The notes under the pieces: model-generated
The model's input: the letters and a program-made list of their open reading frames with translations, nothing else
What the model was told of the DNA's origin: nothing
Databases searched by the model: none
Program-made: the position numbers and the translations under genes
In this document: piece after piece, positions 38,718 to 48,093 of the stretch
How positions within the stretch are numbered: position 1 is the stretch's first letter
Layout of the letters: each line of letters opens with the position of its first letter
NCBI GenBank assembly: GCA_964635565.1
Contig: CAZWON010000005.1
Coordinates: 17,736 to 81,735 of the forward strand
Length of the DNA stretch: 64,000 nt
Source: an uncultured Planctomycetia bacterium
GTDB lineage: Bacteria > Omnitrophota > Gorgyraeia > Duberdicusellales > 4484-171
Reading direction: 5' to 3'

Positions 38718-40229
38718 TTACCCTCGATAATTTTGTAGTTGTTTTTTATCAATTTTACCTGTCCGTGTCTTAGGAAGCTCGCTTAAAAATTCAAAGTAAT
38801 GAGGAATTTTAAAATGGGCTAAGTACTTTTTTAAAAAATCCTTTAGCTCCTCTTCACTTAAACTTTCCTCTTCTTTTATTACAATAAATGCTTTAGGCAC
38901 CTCTCCTCTTAACTTATCCGGCACTCCAATAACTGCTACTTCTTTAACTTTAGGATGAAGCTGAATTTTTTCTTCAACCTCAGGGCTAAAAACTATTTCC
39001 CCCGCTACCTTTATCATATCCTTCTTTCTTCCCACAATATAAAAAAGACCCTCTTTATCGTAATAGGCAATGTCACCTGTCTTCAACCAACCATCTTTAG
39101 TTAATACAGCATCCGTTAATGCTTGCTCCCTATAGTAACCCACCATCACCCCCTCTCCTTTCACCCACAATTCCCCGCATTGTCCTTCTTTCAAAGTGTC
39201 CCCTTTATCATCAACAATTTTTGCTTCCATCCCAGGATAAAACTTGCCAATGCTCTCTAACTTATCTACATCAACAGGTAAAACACAGTTAGGAGCAGAG
39301 GTTTCAGTCATTCCCCATCCATTGAGCAAACGTGCCTTGGGACAAGTTTTATGAAACCTTTTAAGAAGAATTGGTGAAGAAGGCGCACCAAAAACAACCG
39401 CATATCGCAAAGAAGATAAATTAAATTTAGTATAATCTTTTAAAGAAAGTATTGCTATATACATTGCAGGGACAATCCAAAACCAGGTTACTTGATACTT
39501 TTCTATATTGCGTAAAAATTCAAATGGCTGAAATCGCTCCATTAAAATAAGAGTCTGGCCAGTAGCCAGCATAACTAAAATATAATCAATGCCACCAATA
39601 TGAGAAAAAGGAACCCCCCCGCATAAAACAATATCACAAGAAGAAACATCAAGGGCATAGTTTATACAATTTATGGGATTATCAAAATGCCGGTAAGTTA
39701 ACATTACTCCTTTGGGATGACCTGTTGAACCTGATGTATAGAAAATTGCCGACAAGCTATCTTCTTCAATCTGCACAGGAGGTTCGTCTTTTTGAAATTT
39801 TTCTAAAATATCCCCTAAGAAGATAAATTTTTCCCCTCTATTTTCACAAAGAATAATCTCCTTTAATGAAGGGCACCTTTCTTTAATCCGTTCAAATTTA
39901 AAATCTTTTTTAGGATAAGCAACAATTAGACTTGCCTGACTGTGATTTATAAAATTAATAACCTCGTTTTCTGTAAGCATAAAATCTAAAGGGACAACAC
40001 AGGCGCCAATACTGAACACTCCTAAGAAAACATAGATAGCTTCAGGAATATTAGGGAAGAATACTACTATCTTATCTTCTTTTTTTATCCCTTTATCAAT
40101 AAGAAAATTGGCAAAAGAAAAGGAAATTCCCTTTAATTCTAAAAAACTAACAGGTTTATCTTCAAAAACAAAGGCAGGTTTCTTTTCATAGATTTTTGCC
40201 TGGTTAATAAGAAGATTTTTTACATTCAT
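38718..40229 (-). CDS. Long-chain acyl-CoA ligase / AMP-binding enzyme
   Basis: YTSGSTGHPKGV, GWGMTET, GWLKTGD, GRKKDMI, PKTRTGKIDK. Confidence 0.93.
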   Translation of the reverse strand: MNVKNLLINQAKIYEKKPAFVFEDKPVSFLELKGISFSFANFLIDKGIKKEDKIVVFFPNIPEAIYVFLGVFSIGACVVPLDFMLTENEVINFINHSQASLIVAYPKKDFKFERIKERCPSLKEIILCENRGEKFIFLGDILEKFQKDEPPVQIEEDSLSAIFYTSGSTGHPKGVMLTYRHFDNPINCINYALDVSSCDIVLCGGVPFSHIGGIDYILVMLATGQTLILMERFQPFEFLRNIEKYQVTWFWIVPAMYIAILSLKDYTKFNLSSLRYAVVFGAPSSPILLKRFHKTCPKARLLNGWGMTETSAPNCVLPVDVDKLESIGKFYPGMEAKIVDDKGDTLKEGQCGELWVKGEGVMVGYYREQALTDAVLTKDGWLKTGDIAYYDKEGLFYIVGRKKDMIKVAGEIVFSPEVEEKIQLHPKVKEVAVIGVPDKLRGEVPKAFIVIKEEESLSEEELKDFLKKYLAHFKIPHYFEFLSELPKTRTGKIDKKQLQNYRG

Positions 40230-40280
40230 TATAGTAAAATTTAACTAGTTAAATTTTACTATAAACCTGAAAGGAGTCAA
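40229..40280 (-). promoter_or_regulatory. Operon promoter overlapped by a perfect 36-bp palindromic operator
   Basis: TTGACT(40280-40275)-16-TAAAAT(40258-40253); TTATAGTAAAATTTAACTAGTTAAATTTTACTATAA at 40229-40264 is its own reverse complement. Confidence 0.8.
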
Positions 40281-40340
40281 CTTTTTTTTAAAATTTTTTC
40301 TCTTTACCTTAAAAGTATTAAGGAAATAAAATGAGGTAGT

Positions 40341-40742
40341 TTAGAAGGTAAGGGTTATTGTCCTATCACCCTGTGAATCAATGAGTTGAACACTATTATT
40401 ATCTATCTTCTTAATTTCTAATTTATTAATCTTATCTCCTTCTTTAAAAACCTTGCCATTAATAATTGCTAAGGGTTTACCTTTATCATAAACTATCCCT
40501 TCTAAAAGAAGTTCGTTTTGGGGATATTTTTTCTCTTTAAAAGGGACTTTTTTCTTATGCTTTTTGTTCACATTTAGAGGTAAAGATGTTGGAGGTTTTT
40601 GTTTTATTTTTATAAAAAAGGAGAAACCTATTATAACTATTAAAGCAAAAATAATCCCTAAAAAAAATTTTTTTTTATTATTGGTTCCTTTTTTAACACT
40701 TTTTATTTCTGCTTTTTTGAGAGCTTCATAAATAATACTCAT
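40341..40742 (-). CDS. GspB/ExeB-like bitopic protein (start moved to ATG 40742)
   Basis: MSIIYEALKKAE, one TM, LEGIVYD..PLAIING..KEGD; follows the ExeA-like ATPase. Confidence 0.75.
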   Translation of the reverse strand: MSIIYEALKKAEIKSVKKGTNNKKKFFLGIIFALIVIIGFSFFIKIKQKPPTSLPLNVNKKHKKKVPFKEKKYPQNELLLEGIVYDKGKPLAIINGKVFKEGDKINKLEIKKIDNNSVQLIDSQGDRTITLTF

Positions 40743-41536
40743 CTTAACTCTTCTACAGAAGCCTTCAGTATCTCTTCGTCTAAAACTTTTGTGCCCTTTA
40801 CAAAACCACAAAGCATTGCTCTTTCGCAAATCATATTAATAAGACGGGGGATCCCGCAGGAAAAATCATAGATTACTTTAAAACTTTCAGGAAGAATTTT
40901 TATATCCTTAACACCTGCTTTGTTAAGTCTAAAATAAATATAGTCTTTAACTTCTTGGCGATTAAAGGGTGAAAGCTCATATTTTACAAAGATTCGTTGA
41001 CGAATCTGCCGTAAGTTGGGATGACTGAGTTTATATTTTAATTCAGGTTGTCCTACTAAAACAATCTGGAGAAGCTTATGATAAGAAGTTTCTAAATTGG
41101 AAAGGAGGCGAATTTGCTCAAGCTGACGGGCAGTTAAATCCTGGGCCTCATCAATAATAACTACTGCTGTTAAGCCTTCTTTATATATCTTTAAGAGATA
41201 ATCGTTTAATTTTTGCACAATGCTTAGACGGTCTTTTTTTCCACAAGTCAGACCAAAATCATTGGCAATGGCCTGCAACAGCTGGACCTGGCTAAAGTAA
41301 GGATTAAGGATTAAAGAAGTTTTTATATCAGAAGGGATACGATTAAGAAAAGCTTTACAAAGTGTTGTTTTTCCTGTACCAACTTCACCAGTTATTAAGA
41401 TTATCCCTTTTTTTTCATTAATGCCATATAAAAGCGTGGCTAAGGCTTCTTTGTGAGAAGTGCTTTCAAAGAAAAAATCAGGATTAGAAGTGATATTAAA
41501 TGGTGATTGTTTTATGCGGTAGAAATCGTAATACAT
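40739..41536 (-). CDS. ExeA/GspA-like AAA ATPase
   Basis: MYYDFY....PF, ITGEVGTGKTTL, IIDEAQDL, LVGQPEL, GIPRLIN. Confidence 0.92.
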   Translation of the reverse strand: MYYDFYRIKQSPFNITSNPDFFFESTSHKEALATLLYGINEKKGIILITGEVGTGKTTLCKAFLNRIPSDIKTSLILNPYFSQVQLLQAIANDFGLTCGKKDRLSIVQKLNDYLLKIYKEGLTAVVIIDEAQDLTARQLEQIRLLSNLETSYHKLLQIVLVGQPELKYKLSHPNLRQIRQRIFVKYELSPFNRQEVKDYIYFRLNKAGVKDIKILPESFKVIYDFSCGIPRLINMICERAMLCGFVKGTKVLDEEILKASVEELR

Positions 41537-41555
41537 GGTTTCACTTGTCTATACA

Positions 41556-41682
41556 AACACAGATGAACACAGATTTATAACAGAACTACACAGATATATT
41601 ATTATTTTAAAATGTTAATTGCCAATATCACATTTTATTATCTGCGATCATCTGTTTATTCTTCTGTGACCATCTGTGTATA
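41556..41682. repeat. ACACAGAT 10-mer inverted-repeat element, copy 2
   Basis: aacacagatg aacacagatt ..aacagaa tacacagata, AT-rich spacer, then tatctgcg catctgtt ttctgtg catctgtgtata. Confidence 0.8.
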
Positions 41683-41688
41683 TAAAAT

Positions 41689-43056
41689 TTATTTTTCAGC
41701 AGTCTCCAATTTAGGTGTTACAATTCTGGGAGTAATAAAAATCAAAAGATTCTTTTTCTCAACACTTTTATCTTTATGTTTAAATAAATAACCCAAAAAA
41801 GGAATGTCTCCTAATAAAGGTATTTTGTTTACAGTATCTACTACTTTATCCCTTATCAACCCTGCAATCACCAAAGTCTCGCCGTCTTTTATCATAACTT
41901 TTGTAGAAGTGGTTTGTGTATTTAATACAGGAACAGTTGTCTGTAGTCCTGAAGCACTTACAAATGACTTATCAGATACTTTTTCATCTACAGTGGGTTT
42001 TACGCTTAAAGTTATAAACCCTTCTTTATTTATCTGAGGCGTCACCTCTAAAGTAACCCCATATTCGTATTTCTCAAAACCATTTATCTCCCATGTGCCT
42101 GTATCACTATTGTAGGTATATTGTGGAACAGGGTCTGTAGTTGTCACTTTAATTATTGCAGGAGAGTTATCCATAGTAGTAATTTGAGGGGCGGATTTAA
42201 TCTTAGTATTTATATCACTAAATAATATCTCCAATGTAGTCTGCAATCCTGAAGCATCTAATGTACCAAAAGTAAACAACGTACTTGCAGGGGAAGGAAA
42301 ATCTAAAGTAGTATCTTTTAAATATTTATTGTCAGAATGACCTGTAGAAGGCCAGGTTGTGGGACGTTTACTTCCTGAGGCTATACCTTGAATATCCCAC
42401 TTTATCCCCAACTTATTGGTAACTCCTAAATCTGTCTCAATTATCTTCGCCTCGATTAAAACTTGAGGAGTAATAGTGTCTAACGCCTCTACTATTTTCT
42501 CTAAAGAAGGCAAATTTGACTGGACATCAGTAATAATAAGAGTGTTGGTGCGGGAGTCATAAGTGAATCTCCCCCGAGAAGTAAGTGCCCTAGCAATTGT
42601 CTTCTTTATATCTTCAACTTTGGCAAAATTCAAAGTAAAGACTTTTGTTTCGAGTGGCTCTGCAACTTTAGCCTCTTGAGCCTTCTTACGTTTTTCTGCT
42701 AAATTATCCAAGGTATCTACCAAAATTATGTTTTTACCTATCCACTCATAACCATAATCATAGGTCTTAAGCACTGCCTGAAGAGCTGTTTGCCAGTCTA
42801 CATTTTCTAAGTCTACTGTCACCAGACCTTTAATATCTGGCCCAAGAATAATATTTACCCGTTTACCCTCTTTTATTGCCTTCTGGGTAATAGCCTGTAA
42901 CACTACCCTAATATCGGCATCTTTAAACTTTAAAGTCTCAATAACCCCTGCTTCTTGAGCATGGGTTTTATAAAAAGAAGTAACAGAAACTATAGAGAAT
43001 ACAAGCAATAAAATAATAATCTGAAATTGGAAATTGGAAATTGGAAATTTTTTCAT
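41689..43056 (-). CDS. pilQ: PilQ/GspD-type secretin (start probably ATG 43056)
   Basis: FKDADIR, D.RTNTLIITD, QVLIEAKIIE, G..LEVTPQI, DGETLVIAGL, KIPLLGDIPFLGYLFK, LLIFITPRIV. Confidence 0.88.
   Translation of the reverse strand: MKKFPISNFQFQIIILLLVFSIVSVTSFYKTHAQEAGVIETLKFKDADIRVVLQAITQKAIKEGKRVNIILGPDIKGLVTVDLENVDWQTALQAVLKTYDYGYEWIGKNIILVDTLDNLAEKRKKAQEAKVAEPLETKVFTLNFAKVEDIKKTIARALTSRGRFTYDSRTNTLIITDVQSNLPSLEKIVEALDTITPQVLIEAKIIETDLGVTNKLGIKWDIQGIASGSKRPTTWPSTGHSDNKYLKDTTLDFPSPASTLFTFGTLDASGLQTTLEILFSDINTKIKSAPQITTMDNSPAIIKVTTTDPVPQYTYNSDTGTWEINGFEKYEYGVTLEVTPQINKEGFITLSVKPTVDEKVSDKSFVSASGLQTTVPVLNTQTTSTKVMIKDGETLVIAGLIRDKVVDTVNKIPLLGDIPFLGYLFKHKDKSVEKKNLLIFITPRIVTPKLETAEK
43023..43050. 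repeat. GAAATTG x4 tandem repeat in the secretin signal-peptide coding region
   Basis: gaaattg gaaattg gaaattg gaaattt. Confidence 0.8.
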
Positions 43057-43412
43057 TATTCCTCCCATTTTAAAATAAATTCCTCCCCCTCCTTCTCAAA
43101 TATCACCTGATAAGCTTCTATTTTTTTTATTTTATATTCTTCTATTTTATCACCTTCTCTATAAACTTCATTATTTATAATAACCTGACTTCCTGTGGGA
43201 GAATATATAATTCCTTGTAAAAAGAAATCTCCCATTTGTTTTCTCTCCTTTATAAGAATATTGCCACTTTCATCTACCAAAGGTTTAAGAGGATCCCTTT
43301 CTCTAAAAGAACTATAAGGATATTTATAATTCTGCGCCCACACAGAACAGACAAAAAAATTAAACAACAACATTAGCTCTCCATATTTTACAGTATATTT
43401 TATCTTTCCCAT
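43056..43412 (-). CDS. PilP-like pilus assembly protein
   Basis: RDPLKP, LQGIIY, GD.I motifs; lies between pilO and pilQ. Confidence 0.6.
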   Translation of the reverse strand: MGKIKYTVKYGELMLLFNFFVCSVWAQNYKYPYSSFRERDPLKPLVDESGNILIKERKQMGDFFLQGIIYSPTGSQVIINNEVYREGDKIEEYKIKKIEAYQVIFEKEGEEFILKWEE

Positions 43413-43955
43413 TTATTCTTTTAATAAAGTAACTGCCTTGAACTCCACCTCATGATAAGGACTATTAGTAGATTTAATAGATAATTTTTTTATCTCTAAA
43501 AAATAATAACTTTGCTGTAGGATATTAAGAAAGCGACAAATGTTATGGAAAGAAGCTTGTGCTTTTAATATCAATGGCAAAGAAAAAATTTTTGCTTTTT
43601 CTATTTTTTTATAAAGTTTAGGCTGGATTTGAGATATTTCTAATAAATCAACCATATTTTCTTTTGCCTTATGAGAAATAAATGCCAAGACACTGGAAAT
43701 CTCCCCTGCAGTAATAATCTTGCTGTCTAAGTTTACAATATCTAATTTTATCTTTTCGATAGTATTAATAAATTCATTTTTGGATTTTATATCTCTTTTG
43801 ACCTCTTTTATTTTCTTTTTAAAATCTTTTACCTTTGAGCCTAAAGAGGATAACTTTTTAATTTGAAAAGGAAAAATAAAAATTAACTCTACAATACAAA
43901 AAACATAGATAATAATAGTAACTATTTCTTTTTTGTCTAACTTTAGATTTTGCAT
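43413..43955 (-). CDS. pilO: PilO-like protein
   Basis: N-terminal TM, coiled coil, LP..L...ASFHNICRFL..L; synteny. Confidence 0.7.
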   Translation of the reverse strand: MQNLKLDKKEIVTIIIYVFCIVELIFIFPFQIKKLSSLGSKVKDFKKKIKEVKRDIKSKNEFINTIEKIKLDIVNLDSKIITAGEISSVLAFISHKAKENMVDLLEISQIQPKLYKKIEKAKIFSLPLILKAQASFHNICRFLNILQQSYYFLEIKKLSIKSTNSPYHEVEFKAVTLLKE

Positions 43956-44515
43956 TCTACCTCAAATTTCATTGCTTCTTTACCATACAACTCAATTTTT
44001 CTTGAACTCCTTAAATGAATATGGCAAAAAATCTTGGAAAAGTATTCTGTCTTTTTTAGTCTTTTTATAAACTTGTCTATAGAAGCCAAAGGAGATTCCT
44101 TCCATAAAACAGCATAACCTACAAAGATAATTTTATCCTCATCAAAATTTATATTATCAAACCAGATATTTTTAGGTAAAGAATCATAAACATCTGCAAG
44201 CGCATGAGAAATATCTACCTTATAGGTAACTAACGAGGTATATATTTTCTTTTTTAGTTCTAAATTCTCTAGTTCTTTTTTCAAAGAATTTATCTGTTCT
44301 ACCTTGGGTTGCAATTGCTTCCATTCTTTGCTTAGGTTGCGATAAGGAAAAGAAAGCCAAGATGTAAGAAGGAAAATAATAATATTAAAAAGGATTAAAC
44401 CCACTCCTCCTAATAATACAAAAGGAGCGTATTTTTCCATTATCGTAAGATACTTATTTTCCTCCTTTTGCTGATAGGGATAGAGATTTATCTGAATCTT
44501 TTTTACTTCTATCAT
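43943..44515 (-). CDS. pilN: PilN-like protein
   Basis: QINLYP motif, TM, coiled coil, SLPKNIWF. Confidence 0.78.
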   Translation of the reverse strand: MIEVKKIQINLYPYQQKEENKYLTIMEKYAPFVLLGGVGLILFNIIIFLLTSWLSFPYRNLSKEWKQLQPKVEQINSLKKELENLELKKKIYTSLVTYKVDISHALADVYDSLPKNIWFDNINFDEDKIIFVGYAVLWKESPLASIDKFIKRLKKTEYFSKIFCHIHLRSSRKIELYGKEAMKFEVECKI

Positions 44516-45549
44516 AAACTTGCTCCTAAAAGTACTGCCATAAATTCCTTATATTTCTTTATCTCCTCATCTACATTGTAATCAGAAATATATACAAAAG
44601 GATTCCACAGTTCTATGTTCATTCCTAAGGAATTTTCTATAACTTTGTTAAGACCTTTTATTTTCGATAATCCTCCTGTAAGCAAAATTTTCTGAATGCG
44701 TTTTCCCCAATTAACTTCAAAATAATCCAGGGAATTTTTTATCTCTTCCGCTAATTCCAATCCTACTTCTTCTATAATCTCTATCATCTCCTGAACTTCA
44801 GTTGTCTCACGTGCCTCATCAAGGGTAACAATAATTTGCTCTGCTTCTTCTTCACTTATATTTTTAAGCTTGACTAACTTTTTAGAAAATTCTCCTGCTG
44901 AAATTCTTATTTCTCTACTTAATACAGGCATACCTTCCTTGAATAAATTAAGGAGGGTAGAATTTGCCCCAATGTCTATTGTCGCTATATTAGATTCTCT
45001 ATCTTTAATATTAATATACAGGTTCAATAAGGCAATGTTATTTAAAGTAATTTCTCCAATATTAATTTTTTCTTGCTTAAACTCTGCAATCAACTTATCG
45101 ACAAATGCTTTTTTAACAATGGCAACGAGTATCAGAAACTCCTCCGGGGAATAATTTTCATCAAGCACAAAAATATCAAAATATACCTCCTCTCTCTTAA
45201 AAGGAATATACTTAGATATTTCGTAACTAAATACCTCTTTGAGATTCTTCTTGTCTACCTTAGGAAAAGCAATATATCTTATTAATGTATCACTGCCCTT
45301 AAGAGATAATTTTACTTTTTTTGTAGAAAGGCCTTCCTTATGTAACCATTCACTAAAAGTTGCTACAGGTAAGCCTTTATTTTTCTTTATAAAATATTTC
45401 TCAATTGTATTATTATATAAATACATAGCTTTTATATAGCGAAAACCTAAATCAAGAAATACTCTTTCCTCTTCCTCCTTCTTAAACAAGAAATCAAAAA
45501 AAGAAAGGATATTAAGATTACTCTTAAAAGTAGGAATTTTTTTAAACAT
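44512..45549 (-). CDS. pilM: PilM actin-like pilus assembly protein
   Basis: LDLG...IK, KYIPF, IDIGA.ST, EIKNSLDYF, ILLTGG.SKI.GL, WNPF. Confidence 0.88.
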   Translation of the reverse strand: MFKKIPTFKSNLNILSFFDFLFKKEEEERVFLDLGFRYIKAMYLYNNTIEKYFIKKNKGLPVATFSEWLHKEGLSTKKVKLSLKGSDTLIRYIAFPKVDKKNLKEVFSYEISKYIPFKREEVYFDIFVLDENYSPEEFLILVAIVKKAFVDKLIAEFKQEKINIGEITLNNIALLNLYINIKDRESNIATIDIGANSTLLNLFKEGMPVLSREIRISAGEFSKKLVKLKNISEEEAEQIIVTLDEARETTEVQEMIEIIEEVGLELAEEIKNSLDYFEVNWGKRIQKILLTGGLSKIKGLNKVIENSLGMNIELWNPFVYISDYNVDEEIKKYKEFMAVLLGASL

Positions 45550-45632
45550 ATAAATATGTTAAGATCTCTTTTTTAATATCTCTGTAATAAAAACAGACTC
45601 CTTCCTTATAAAATACTTAAACTGACAGTTTT

Positions 45633-45661
45633 ATCTTACAATAGAGAAAAATAAATGTCAA
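45633..45661 (-). promoter_or_regulatory. Sigma70-like promoter of pilMNOPQ
   Basis: TTGACA-17-TAAGAT. Confidence 0.6.
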
Positions 45662-45738
45662 ATTAAACCATAGCTGAGGTTTTTTAAAATGAAGCTTTAG
45701 TAATTTTATAGAAGGGTAAAATTAGAAAAAATTTATAA

Positions 45739-46857
45739 TTACAATTTGTATGGTTTCTGTAAATCTTCCCAGGAATATATATACACACCAGGATCAATAT
45801 TCAAAGACTCTATCGCATCCATATACTGTCGATTATACTCAATGCTAGCACTTCCGTTTAGTCTTACTTTCTTACCTGCCCAGACTCCACCGTTAACATT
45901 CAAATTACCTCCTCCACCATTTATTCTGAATTCACCTAATGTATAAACTACCCCCTCTATTGTCCCGCTACCATCAATCACTATATCATCAACCTCATCA
46001 GGATCCGTAATAACATCGCCAACAACAACGAAAAATCCTCCGACATTGCCAATATTACCATTTAACTGCAAATCACTTTCTACATATACAACATTAGGAA
46101 CCCATTCATCTGACTCATCTATTAAATCGTCGTTATCATTGTCTATACCGTCATCCGCACGGGTATACCAAAAAGAAGAAGGAAAACTAACCTCTCCTTT
46201 CTTCACTTTTTTAAGACGGTCTGTATTGTATACATTACCCTGGCTAGAACTTATATCATAAAGTTGTTGAAAATCAAAACGCGCAAGAGGACTTGCTGTC
46301 TCGCTATAAGTAGTAGTTCCTATTATATTCTCAGGATGCTCTACATCAAAATCTCCCGCATATATTATCGCAGGGTTAGAACTACTTGAGTCCTCCGCAA
46401 CTACACTATAAGAAGAACCATTAAAATCAATATTTCCTGCACAATATAAGGGTTGGTTATAAAAATTTGAAGGGATATATTTTTTTACCCAGGCCTTAAT
46501 CTGGTGCTGAATAGAAACTCCACCCAAAGATACTGAACCTGTGGAAACAACTTCTCTTGTATTAGCATCTTGAAAAGTAATGCTCACAGAGCAAGTTCCT
46601 TCTCCAGAAAATGTAGGAGAACCGTTTTTTACGAAATAATCAAAATTATTTTGTAATTTATTTAATGCCCAGTTTATACCTGCTTCTGCTAACCAAAAGG
46701 CTCGTGTTGAACTTGTAAAACGACGGGTAAAATTACTCTCAGAAGCTCCCCGTGTTAAAACTAATACACTCAAAACTCCAAGTGCTACCAATATTAAAAT
46801 ACTGAGCACAAAAACAATCCCTTTTCTCTTTTTACTTTCTCTTTCTTGATGGCTCAT
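45739..46857 (-). CDS. PilX-like minor pilin/adhesin, paralog 2
   Basis: RKG-IVFVL hydrophobic N-terminus, AFWLAEAGI, DGIDNDNDDLIDE acidic loop, Gly/Asn-rich beta repeats, SWE tail. Confidence 0.75.
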   Translation of the reverse strand: MSHQERESKKRKGIVFVLSILILVALGVLSVLVLTRGASESNFTRRFTSSTRAFWLAEAGINWALNKLQNNFDYFVKNGSPTFSGEGTCSVSITFQDANTREVVSTGSVSLGGVSIQHQIKAWVKKYIPSNFYNQPLYCAGNIDFNGSSYSVVAEDSSSSNPAIIYAGDFDVEHPENIIGTTTYSETASPLARFDFQQLYDISSSQGNVYNTDRLKKVKKGEVSFPSSFWYTRADDGIDNDNDDLIDESDEWVPNVVYVESDLQLNGNIGNVGGFFVVVGDVITDPDEVDDIVIDGSGTIEGVVYTLGEFRINGGGGNLNVNGGVWAGKKVRLNGSASIEYNRQYMDAIESLNIDPGVYIYSWEDLQKPYKL

Positions 46858-46866
46858 ATTTACAAT

Positions 46867-48093
46867 TTATAACTTATAAGGATTATCCTCGTCATTCCAT
46901 GTTTCTACAGAATACCCTGAGGAGCCTGGTCCAGATACACTGGCTAATGCTTCATCATAATGAACATCGCCATTACCGCTTAAAATTATATTATCAGCTA
47001 CTATTGAACCAAATATATCTCCGTTTCCCGTAACTTTAACTTCTGTATCAGGAGCATAAATAACACCGTATAAATCACCATTTCCTGTAATCTTCACGCC
47101 ATTATTTGACCCTGTATAAGTACTGTAAATCATAAAATTTTTGGGTAAATTAGAATTATTAACTACTCCATTACCTCCAATATCACACTGTCCATCTGTA
47201 TATATCTTAACCGCTCCAATAACTTTCACTTTGCCATTACCCGATATAGAAAATGACGAAGACCCCATAAGATAAAGATTCATTGGCCCCTGCAAGATAA
47301 GCTCACCATTTCCTGATACACTAATAGAAGAAAATTTATAATTTCCTGAAGATATAGTTACATTATCATTACCATCTACGTTGTAACTTCCTCCGCTAGG
47401 AAGACTTTTTAAACTAGAGGGTACTGTAACCGAAGGAATCTCTTCGTTACAGGTATCACTTATTGACTCGGTTACTTCAGCATTGCCACTTATTTTTACT
47501 GTCCCCCCCGGGCCTGTTAAAGCATCGCCTTTTACTGTAGCATTACCACTTAAAGATATAGCACCTGCAGTAATACCATTTGTACCCACATCTCCATTTG
47601 AACCCTTATTTGACCCTCCATAGGGCCCTTGAGCAGAATCATAACTATCGGTCTTACCATTACCACTCATTGTCAAAGAACTTTTACTTAATCCTGCATA
47701 AGTAAAAGGATGGGTTGTTTTTGGGACAAGATTTACTTTGATGTTGCGGTCAGAACCGGTTATACCGCTTACGTATCCTTTTGAATAAACAACAGGATTA
47801 CTACCTCCTAGGTCTACCTCTACTGTACAGGTGGCTGTATTTAAGCTAAAGGTTATATCAGGACGACCATCGTTATCATCATCGCCCCAAGAAGTTAAAT
47901 TAGAATCACTAGCTAAATCTTTTATCGCTCTCTGAACACCTGCTTCTGAACCCCAGAAAGCTTTTGTCGAAGCTACATATCGACGTGCAAGATTACTCTC
48001 CGAGACGCTCCGGGAAAGTATAGGAACACTTATAGAAACAAACGCTATAAGAACGCTTATGCTTAATATCAAAGCTATTGCCTTTCTACTCAT
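46867..48093 (-). CDS. PilX-like minor pilin/adhesin, paralog 1, with a beta-helix-like body
   Basis: RKA-IALIL, AFWGSEAGV, many (S/T)GNG repeats, GVIYAP, VHYDEAL. Confidence 0.78.
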   Translation of the reverse strand: MSRKAIALILSISVLIAFVSISVPILSRSVSESNLARRYVASTKAFWGSEAGVQRAIKDLASDSNLTSWGDDDNDGRPDITFSLNTATCTVEVDLGGSNPVVYSKGYVSGITGSDRNIKVNLVPKTTHPFTYAGLSKSSLTMSGNGKTDSYDSAQGPYGGSNKGSNGDVGTNGITAGAISLSGNATVKGDALTGPGGTVKISGNAEVTESISDTCNEEIPSVTVPSSLKSLPSGGSYNVDGNDNVTISSGNYKFSSISVSGNGELILQGPMNLYLMGSSSFSISGNGKVKVIGAVKIYTDGQCDIGGNGVVNNSNLPKNFMIYSTYTGSNNGVKITGNGDLYGVIYAPDTEVKVTGNGDIFGSIVADNIILSGNGDVHYDEALASVSGPGSSGYSVETWNDEDNPYKL

